Below, in pieces: positions 23,902-31,700 of a stretch of DNA of 64,000 bases. The stretch is from an uncultured Lentimicrobiaceae bacterium (lineage in GTDB: Bacteria > Bacteroidota > Bacteroidia > Bacteroidales > F082). The DNA is taken from the NCBI GenBank assembly GCA_964509065.1, contig CAZDWA010000002.1, forward strand, positions 19,049 to 83,048, read 5' to 3'. How positions within the stretch are numbered: position 1 is the stretch's first letter; every line of letters begins with the position of its first letter. The translations under genes and the position numbers were made by a program. A model generated the notes under the pieces. The model made no database searches, had not been told where the DNA came from, and saw nothing but the letters and a program-made list of their open reading frames with translations.

Positions 23902-26900
23902 CAAAATAACAAACACCAAACGACTGAAACACTCCATACATCAGTTCATGATTTTAGTGCTTTTGCTAATTCCAGTTTCGGTCTTCAGCCAGTTTGCGCC
24001 CGTGCAAATCAATGTGGCACTCAGCCCGCCTTATTCCAATAAGATAAGTGATTACACTTCCCAGCCCAATAAGGTCATGGTCACATTACACAATCTTTCG
24101 CCGGATGCTTCCACATTGAGAGTGTATCTTCAAGCAGAGCTATCGGGGCAAAGTGGAGTCCGTATCTTTACCAATCCCAACCGCAAGCCCACTTCTCCCA
24201 TTATTTTACAGCCGGGCTTCCCTTATACCCTCAGGCTGAATGATGTAGAGGAAATATTTTCCGGCAGTCAGCTGGCATTGGAGGGCATCACGGAATATGA
24301 GTTGCTTTACGGCAACGGCTTGCCCGAAGATGAATATGTCTTTTGTGTACGCGCTTTCGATTTTGATACGGATGAGCCCTTATCCGACGAATCACCTTTT
24401 GGTTGCAGCCCGCCCATGATTATCGGCTATTTTGAAGCACCCATTATCACTTCACCTTGGTGTGAAGAAGAAATAGAAGCTACAGAACCTCAGAATATTA
24501 TCTTTTCGTGGATACGGCCTGCCGGTGCGCCATTAAATATTTTTTACAAATTAAAGATTGTAGAAGTATTTCCGCCTGAAGCCAATATAAATGATGCCAT
24601 GAATTCGGCTGCACATCCTATATTTTTCGAAACGAATGTTCCCTCAAACAGTTTTATTTATGGTGCTGCCCAACCGGCATTGGTCACCGGAAAAACCTAC
24701 GCATTTCAAGTTACGGTAGTGGACCCGAGCGGTAAAACGGCATTCCGGAATGAGGGTAAAAGTGAGGTGTGCAGCTTTAGGTATGTGGAGGGCGAGGGCT
24801 TTTATACAATGACAGACCCCATTCCTCCGGTAATAATTAGTCCGCCAAATGTATTGCCCGACGATTTTGAGCTTAAGCCGCCCACCCATATCAGCGGAAA
24901 TATTCTGATTAAATTTCCTACCAATCCCCACGACTCGGTATATATAGGTGATTTTCCAGGTCTTGGTGGTGGTCAGATTCAAATTCCAGGCTTTGGAGGA
25001 GGTCAGATTCAAATTCCGGATTCTCTGCCCGGGGGCACAGGTAGTGGATTCAACTACAACCAGATACACCAAATGGCTAATGCGGTGGGAAGCAATATCA
25101 ACCTGCACAACAATTCAAACGGAACGCAGCAAAGCTCGGGAAGCGCCAACACTCCATTTATAAATGAAAACTTCGGTTGGGGTTTGCCCCTTATTGATTT
25201 AATGAACAGCAAAAAATACGTGTTTGAAAGTACAGAAAGCAATAAATTCACCAAGCCTTTGGCAAATATGCGTATTCGATTGGTGGCACGCTTTGCTTCC
25301 TATGAAGAACTTGACTACACACTTGCCGAGCACACCTTTGGACTTGAACATCCTACCTATGATGTCAATTTATCAAGTAGTGGGTTTGCTTCCATACAAG
25401 GGCTCGACTTGACGCATACATATTATGGAGATGCCTATCGCTATCTGAACATCGTATTGGATGAAACCACCACGGATGAATTTGGAAATTACAGCTTCGA
25501 CTTCACAAATGATTTCTGGACAGGTATTTTAAAAGCCGACATCATCGATGGGCACAATGTGCCGGCTGCAGGACCTCAGGCTCCGGGCCAAATCATATTC
25601 GATCCAATCAACTCCATTGTCTTTCCCGGTGCAGTATTGAATCCCGGACAATTCAATCCCGCTGCAGGCAAAATCAATGTTTTTGGAGAGCACACACCAC
25701 AAAAAGTCAATGTGCATGCAGCACCACCGAATTTGATTTCCGGTCATAGTCACTATGGCTATGTATGCTTGAAAATTGAAGTCGTCAACCAAAAATTTGC
25801 CAGTCCCGATATTGATATTTTCGCCATGCCGGGAGATAATCTCCAAATACCGACACAAATGGCGAAGCTGAAAACTTACAATATGATTGTTCAGGTAAAT
25901 GCAAACGATCAGCCGGAGCAAATTCTTGGCGCAAACAGTCCCATACCCGGTGCCCGAGTGAGTATATTCAGAGATAATGCCAAGGTGGGGCAAGAAGTAC
26001 CGGCAATTATTAAATACGAAGGACAAAAATTAGACAGCAGAACATTTATAAACAATGCTGAATTCAAAAATATTGCCATAGATACAACCAACCTAAATGG
26101 CACAACTGTATTTTATAATCTGGTACGCCATGCATATTTTAATCCTCAATACAGAATTCAAGTTTTAACACGAGCCGGGGAATTAGTGGATGCTGATTAT
26201 GAAAATACATTTTATAATTATAAGGAACGATTTGAAAAGCTTTCAGATGAGCAAGTCTACGCCATACAAACTACTTCTGACAAGGTGATTTACAATCATC
26301 AATACGAGATTCCAATAATTACCAGGAAGTATGAACTCAAACCGCTTCCGCCCGAGATAAAAGGGCGTACCATGGCCATGTCGAATCTGGAAAACATCGG
26401 AATACCCGGCGTATCAATCAGTCTCCTTAATCAAAATGGAGCTGGTTACGTGAATGATTATTTTGATTTTTGGATCAAATGCAATACACCTGAGAATAGT
26501 ATGCAATCCATGGAAAACGGCTTTTTCCGCTTCCCGAATTTAGCGGTAAAAAATACGCACGGTAATCGTATTTATCGCCGCTTATTGATTAGCCATCCAC
26601 TTTACAAATCCAGGATTTATCCGCCCATAGGAACGCAGGCTAATGGAGGACAAAAGCCATACAACTTATCGTTAGGCGAGCTGGTAGACATAAAAGATGT
26701 GAATCTGGAGCCAAAGGAGTTAGTCAATGGTTATGTGGAAGATGAAGATGGAAATCCGGTAACAGCATATGTGCGATCGGGAGATTCGCCCTATTATAAA
26801 ACGGAGCTGAAGCACGTTATCATAAATCCTTTCCCGCCGACCGTAACCGTAACTCGCGAAACTTTTTCGGTACCGGCTGAACCACAGGAGTTGGTAGAGC

Positions 26901-29900
26901 TCGAAGTGCGGCCATTGTCCACTAAATATTTTCCGCAAGACACCGCCTATTATCCCGGGGCAACAGCTGCAAAGATTACTGTATATCGTCGTTTGCACCG
27001 ACCGGAAATCACTGTTTTAAACGAACAAGGGCAGCCTGTATTCGGAGCAACAGTAAATATAGGCGGATTTGAAGCAACAACGAACAATTTGGGGGTTGCA
27101 AGGTTCAAATTTGCAGCGGCTGCAGATCAATTCATACTCAAGATTACACCTTCACCGGCTTATGCACCCATACAAGTACCTATAGAAATACCTGTCAGCA
27201 AGCATACGATTGCATTGGAACCGTTTATTTTAAAAAAGGCAAAATCACTACAAGGAAGGGTTACGGTACAATCGAGCTTTCTTCCCGTAGAGGGCGCCTT
27301 GGTATTTGCTGAACTGCTAACTACCGATGGCTCGCCTTTGTATATTGAAGCCACCACAAACGAACAAGGCAATTATTTGCTCCAAGGCATACCTAGCGAT
27401 ATGACCGGTTTGATGGTGCAAGTTATAAAAGAAGGAAGCAAACCAAGCTATATAGGAACCGGTGAATATATAAGCTATCCGCAGACCAATCCTTTGCTAC
27501 CCATGACAAAGAATTTCAGTCTACGGGCGGTTACCGATTGGGATTTGTCTACACTTTGGAAATATCCGATTGCAGTAACAGATTTGACAGAGCGAACGGA
27601 GTACGGAGAAACACGCTATTTTATCTCAGGTTATTTGAACTCTCCCAATCCACTTGGTGATTTAGCGCTCTTGCAAAGCGATTTGAAAATTCCTTTTGCC
27701 ACGGTACAAGTAAATAAGGGAAATAACAACAAACCCGAACCGCTAACCGAAAAGCTCACGCTCGAAACCATGGAAATCCCCTTGCGTGTAGGGGCTAGTT
27801 ATACGGCTACATTGTACAATTATGGAAGTGCCAATTTATATGGCATATTCCAAAAGAAATTTTTAGAGTTACATAAAATAACCGCCGGTATGGGAGGAGG
27901 GCGGATTGATGGTCATCTGAAGTTAAATTTATCAAGCTTTGAGCTTGAGCACCAATTCAGTGGACAGCTTTTCATTGGTGATGACACCACTTCGAGTCGC
28001 ATTACTGCGTTTAATACGGCATTTCCATATCCACAGCAAAATATACGTTATCCGATATTCAGCATAAGCCGTTTCCTAAATCCGGTAGCAGTCAAGTCGT
28101 ATAAAGTATTTGGATTTAATGCCAGTTCCGACTTGAGCAACAGCTTTTTACAAAATGATGTCATACGGTTAAAAACTATTTTGCATACCCAAATCCCCGG
28201 TGGAGGTCCCAACTCAACACTGGATTTAAAAATACCGGCTGGTGCTCTCGTGATAAAGAATACCGAAATAAACTTTGAAGAAACCCCAAGCAGTTCGATG
28301 GTATTTGATTTGGAAAAATGGAAAGTTCATACCACCAAACCCTGGCGATTCGATATCAATGAAAATGCCATTGTACTTCCGGAAGTTCTTATCATTACCG
28401 GGCAGGGGGTGGATGCCAAAGTAAAGAATATGAAGGTACGGCCGACTTCATTGCACGAAGGGCAAATTCAACTTGAGGGAGGGCTTACCCTGGGAGGCAT
28501 TGCCAATGTGGAACTTTCGGGCAGTTTGGAACCAATGTTTAATTTCGACAGCAGTATCGGGCATTATCGAATCAGTCTGGTAGGAAGTACAAATACTGCC
28601 GCTGGAGTTGTAAAAAACCTGATGCATACCGATCCTCCCCAATTGGAATTTGAATCTATAGGAATGCTCAGCAATCAAACCGAAGCAATTACTATCAATC
28701 AGACGGTACGCTATTACAATGTGATGGACTTCTACATACAAAGCATCATGACCGGTCCGGGTTTCTTCTCGGTAAAAGGAAGCCCGGAACTAAATATTCC
28801 GGGATATTATCCACCAAATATCGTGGTGAATTATATCAAAGAAAACAAGAAACTGATGCCCAAAATAGATCCGTTACAGGGAACAGTTGAAGCACACGGA
28901 AATGTGGAATTTGAATTAATGCATGATACTGAAAGACAGCATTTTGAGCCCAATCTTTTTACCACATACGGAACAATTCGTATCAAGCCGGCAGCTGATG
29001 AAGAAGGTCCGCCGGTATCATTTACCGGCTTTTTAACCAAAACGCCCGAAGCTTGTGATATTGAAATTATTAAAGTGGACAAGAATAATTTCAAAGGGAA
29101 CGAAATGCAAATGATGCCTGCCGGAATAAACAAAATGCCTGTAGCGGAAGGCTCGATGCATGTAGTGGGTAATGCCTGGGATATTTTATCCTATAAAGCA
29201 TATACCACACAAATCGAAGGAATGGAAGAAAAGTTGCTCGATTTCAAAGTATATGGAGCCATTGATGTCAGCGGAGAAGATATACAAGTGAACAATATCA
29301 ATACTCCGCTTGGAGGATTAAGAATGGTATACAACTTCAAGGAGGGATCCATGCACGGTTCATTGAACATGAGAAATCTTCCATTGGGATTTGCCACAAT
29401 TTATAAAGGCACCGCTTCCGTACGTTTTGATAATCGTGGATACTATTTTCTGTTAAATTTGGAAAACTTTGGTTTAGGACCCGGTGGAGGGATGCCCGAT
29501 TTTAAAGGCGCTTTTCTTGTTGGAAAAGCCAGCCCGGTCAATCCGGAAGATTTGGCAGCAATTCAGGGTAATTTCCGTTATCCTTTACCTGACTTCAGCA
29601 ACTTCAAAGGCTTTTATATAATGGGAGAAAGAGTAATTGTGAATTTTACAACCAGTTTGCTAGGAGTTGCAGATATTCATGTTCTTGCCGGATTAGGATT
29701 ATTTGCAAATGTCAATTTTGGCGAGTCAACTTATGGGATTGGTGGCTATGCGTATGGTGAAATAGAGGGAACAAAAACATATGGTATTGACGAAACCTTA
29801 GGCCTATACTGTACAATAGGAGCAGGAGGACATTTGAATATTGATATACTTGGTCAATATAAAAACAATCAGCTGACAATTACTTCTTGTGGTGAAGCGG

Positions 29901-30058
29901 GAATTCATGGAATTATTGAAGGGCTTTGTGAAAAACCTATTCCAAAAGATATATTAGACCTGATTCGCAGCGGTGTAAAAATTAAAGTTGAAACAGGATA
30001 CAACTTCACAAATAATAAATGGAATTTGGGTGTTGATTTATTCAAAAGTTGTCATTAA
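23885..30058 (+). CDS. 2057-aa secreted or surface giant protein of unknown function with several carboxypeptidase-regulatory-like beta-sandwich modules
   Basis: The start overlaps the upstream stop by 17 nt. The signal peptide is FMILVLLLIPVSVFSQ. CarboxypepD_reg-like segments include VNGYVEDEDGNPVTAYV and LQGRVTVQSSFLPVEGALVFAELLTTDGSPLYIEATTNEQGNYLLQGIP. The last ~250 aa are Gly-rich. No T9SS type-A or type-B CTD is visible. Confidence 0.7.
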   Translation: MSTLFNKITNTKRLKHSIHQFMILVLLLIPVSVFSQFAPVQINVALSPPYSNKISDYTSQPNKVMVTLHNLSPDASTLRVYLQAELSGQSGVRIFTNPNRKPTSPIILQPGFPYTLRLNDVEEIFSGSQLALEGITEYELLYGNGLPEDEYVFCVRAFDFDTDEPLSDESPFGCSPPMIIGYFEAPIITSPWCEEEIEATEPQNIIFSWIRPAGAPLNIFYKLKIVEVFPPEANINDAMNSAAHPIFFETNVPSNSFIYGAAQPALVTGKTYAFQVTVVDPSGKTAFRNEGKSEVCSFRYVEGEGFYTMTDPIPPVIISPPNVLPDDFELKPPTHISGNILIKFPTNPHDSVYIGDFPGLGGGQIQIPGFGGGQIQIPDSLPGGTGSGFNYNQIHQMANAVGSNINLHNNSNGTQQSSGSANTPFINENFGWGLPLIDLMNSKKYVFESTESNKFTKPLANMRIRLVARFASYEELDYTLAEHTFGLEHPTYDVNLSSSGFASIQGLDLTHTYYGDAYRYLNIVLDETTTDEFGNYSFDFTNDFWTGILKADIIDGHNVPAAGPQAPGQIIFDPINSIVFPGAVLNPGQFNPAAGKINVFGEHTPQKVNVHAAPPNLISGHSHYGYVCLKIEVVNQKFASPDIDIFAMPGDNLQIPTQMAKLKTYNMIVQVNANDQPEQILGANSPIPGARVSIFRDNAKVGQEVPAIIKYEGQKLDSRTFINNAEFKNIAIDTTNLNGTTVFYNLVRHAYFNPQYRIQVLTRAGELVDADYENTFYNYKERFEKLSDEQVYAIQTTSDKVIYNHQYEIPIITRKYELKPLPPEIKGRTMAMSNLENIGIPGVSISLLNQNGAGYVNDYFDFWIKCNTPENSMQSMENGFFRFPNLAVKNTHGNRIYRRLLISHPLYKSRIYPPIGTQANGGQKPYNLSLGELVDIKDVNLEPKELVNGYVEDEDGNPVTAYVRSGDSPYYKTELKHVIINPFPPTVTVTRETFSVPAEPQELVELEVRPLSTKYFPQDTAYYPGATAAKITVYRRLHRPEITVLNEQGQPVFGATVNIGGFEATTNNLGVARFKFAAAADQFILKITPSPAYAPIQVPIEIPVSKHTIALEPFILKKAKSLQGRVTVQSSFLPVEGALVFAELLTTDGSPLYIEATTNEQGNYLLQGIPSDMTGLMVQVIKEGSKPSYIGTGEYISYPQTNPLLPMTKNFSLRAVTDWDLSTLWKYPIAVTDLTERTEYGETRYFISGYLNSPNPLGDLALLQSDLKIPFATVQVNKGNNNKPEPLTEKLTLETMEIPLRVGASYTATLYNYGSANLYGIFQKKFLELHKITAGMGGGRIDGHLKLNLSSFELEHQFSGQLFIGDDTTSSRITAFNTAFPYPQQNIRYPIFSISRFLNPVAVKSYKVFGFNASSDLSNSFLQNDVIRLKTILHTQIPGGGPNSTLDLKIPAGALVIKNTEINFEETPSSSMVFDLEKWKVHTTKPWRFDINENAIVLPEVLIITGQGVDAKVKNMKVRPTSLHEGQIQLEGGLTLGGIANVELSGSLEPMFNFDSSIGHYRISLVGSTNTAAGVVKNLMHTDPPQLEFESIGMLSNQTEAITINQTVRYYNVMDFYIQSIMTGPGFFSVKGSPELNIPGYYPPNIVVNYIKENKKLMPKIDPLQGTVEAHGNVEFELMHDTERQHFEPNLFTTYGTIRIKPAADEEGPPVSFTGFLTKTPEACDIEIIKVDKNNFKGNEMQMMPAGINKMPVAEGSMHVVGNAWDILSYKAYTTQIEGMEEKLLDFKVYGAIDVSGEDIQVNNINTPLGGLRMVYNFKEGSMHGSLNMRNLPLGFATIYKGTASVRFDNRGYYFLLNLENFGLGPGGGMPDFKGAFLVGKASPVNPEDLAAIQGNFRYPLPDFSNFKGFYIMGERVIVNFTTSLLGVADIHVLAGLGLFANVNFGESTYGIGGYAYGEIEGTKTYGIDETLGLYCTIGAGGHLNIDILGQYKNNQLTITSCGEAGIHGIIEGLCEKPIPKDILDLIRSGVKIKVETGYNFTNNKWNLGVDLFKSCH
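24959..25018 (+). repeat. in-frame 2 x 30-nt tandem repeat inside the giant gene
   Basis: Unit 1 (24959-24988) encodes GLGGGQIQIP and unit 2 (24989-25018) encodes GFGGGQIQIP. The core GGTCAGATTCAAATTCC is identical in both units. Confidence 0.9.
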
Positions 30059-30097
30059 AAAAATGCGTGATATTTCAATGATTAATAATAAAAAACC

Positions 30098-31609
30098 ATG
30101 AAAAAACTTGTATTTATATATTTCCTCCTCGGGCTTTCGGTTGCTCTGCAGGCACAGCACATCAAAGCCTACAAGAGCAGCAGCCAGACCGATGCCCCAA
30201 ATCTTGAATGGATTATCACAGACATCCAAGACAGTATTTCCAAACTGGACATATTCCGTGCTCCGCATGATGCACAAGCATTCGAGCAGATTGAAACACA
30301 AACATATTTCTTTAACTCTGCTGATACGCTTTTGGTGGGTATCATTGATACCACACTGACCCAAAAAGGAGTCTGGAAATATTATATCCGCGTCCCCATG
30401 CCGGGAAAAGATAATATCAACTCAGACATGATGTTTGCGCACAATATGGGCTATCTGGCTCCTCCCGAAGTGTACAATCTGCAGACGCATTCTGTTAGCG
30501 ACCATAAAGCAATAGAATTGAATTGGGAAGTTCGCAATCCGGCAACCATACTTTCCCAATCCATTTACCGCAGCCGAAGCTACGAAGACGGATATGAGCT
30601 TATTGCTCGATTGGCAGCAGATACACGCTCATATATTGACGAGGTAGACCGAGCCAATGAAGCATGGTTTTATTTCATATTGATTCATGATTATTTCGGA
30701 TACCAGCCTCCAAGTGCGCGCATTCATGGAATCAGCACCTATGCCGAAGCACCGCTCACACCTTTTGGGTTTACAGCAGTTAAAAATGGCAAGGATGTAG
30801 TGATGAACTGGAAAAAAACAAGCGAAAACACCTTCAGTTACCGCATTTATCGCCGCGAAAACGAGAAAGGCAGGTTTTATCCTGTCGGAGAAGCTTTTTA
30901 TCTTCCCGGAGACCATCTCAGTCGCACAGACAGCAATATAATCAATGACAGTATTACAAGTCTGGAATATTATTGCACTGCCATAAGTGACGGATATATC
31001 GAAAGTTTGCCTACGGATACGGCTTATCTTTATTTTCCGGAAAATATTGTGGTAAACCCTCCTGCCGAGTTAGACTATGTATTAGAACCCGATGGGCAAA
31101 TACGATTGTTTTGGACAGCAGCTGACATATTTTCCAATATAATCGGTTACAATCTTTTTAAGCAGGATAACTCCGGTAATGCCATAAAACTAAATATGGA
31201 GCCCATTACGGAAAACAGTTATTTGGATAAGCCGAAAGTGCAAGAAGAAATCATTAGGTATCAGGTAGAATCACTGAATCCGGGCGGCAAGCCTTCTGCA
31301 ATACGAACCAGTGTTGAAGTGGAAATCGTAGTACCACATCATCAATTAGTGTTATCCTGCACGCAAAAAGAAGATGCAATCGTATTAGAATGGATTCCAT
31401 TGAAGCTAGAAGGAATAAAACAGCTACAGATTTTGCGACAAAGCAATGAAAAGGAAGCAGAAGTTATTGCCCGTGTTTCAAATGCAAGCAGTTCGTATAC
31501 CGATCGACAAATAACAGCCAAAACCACTTATGTATATTCCGTTATTGCCGAAATGGAAGATGGTCAACTGATTTTAGTCAATAGCGGTGTAGTGGTTCGC
31601 AAATTGTAA
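30098..31609 (+). CDS. secreted protein built from 4-5 fibronectin-III-like modules, function unknown
   Basis: 503-aa ORF, 39 nt after the giant gene. The signal peptide is LLGLSVALQAQ. The recurring module signature is W...(Y/F)xIYR...Y.D....Y.Y.V.A, for example LNWEV...SIYRS..., MNWKK...YRIYRR..., LFWTA...YNLFKQ... and LEWIP...LQILRQ...YVYSVIA. Confidence 0.6.
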   Translation: MKKLVFIYFLLGLSVALQAQHIKAYKSSSQTDAPNLEWIITDIQDSISKLDIFRAPHDAQAFEQIETQTYFFNSADTLLVGIIDTTLTQKGVWKYYIRVPMPGKDNINSDMMFAHNMGYLAPPEVYNLQTHSVSDHKAIELNWEVRNPATILSQSIYRSRSYEDGYELIARLAADTRSYIDEVDRANEAWFYFILIHDYFGYQPPSARIHGISTYAEAPLTPFGFTAVKNGKDVVMNWKKTSENTFSYRIYRRENEKGRFYPVGEAFYLPGDHLSRTDSNIINDSITSLEYYCTAISDGYIESLPTDTAYLYFPENIVVNPPAELDYVLEPDGQIRLFWTAADIFSNIIGYNLFKQDNSGNAIKLNMEPITENSYLDKPKVQEEIIRYQVESLNPGGKPSAIRTSVEVEIVVPHHQLVLSCTQKEDAIVLEWIPLKLEGIKQLQILRQSNEKEAEVIARVSNASSSYTDRQITAKTTYVYSVIAEMEDGQLILVNSGVVVRKL

Positions 31610-31645
31610 TAGATAAGCTGCTCACAAATTACTACCATAAAATAA

Positions 31646-31676
31646 CGGTCGGGACTTTACAACAAAGCCCCGACCG
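31646..31676. terminator. hairpin terminator between the convergent operon end and the T9SS cargo gene
   Basis: CGGTCGGG (31646-31653) pairs with CCCGACCG (31669-31676) around a 15-nt loop. Read on the minus strand it is followed by TTATTTT. On the plus strand an A-run follows instead, so it fits the minus-strand gene better. Confidence 0.5.
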
Positions 31677-31700
31677 AAAAACATCTAATTTAAGTAATGC

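Noticed and set aside
22081-30058. Calling the barrel and giant pair TamA/TamB.
   Set aside because: I see no POTRA-like N-terminal repeats in the 606-aa protein. The N-terminal part of the giant protein looks like Ig/beta-sandwich modules rather than an AsmA/TamB groove. I keep it only as an alternative to test and do not annotate it.
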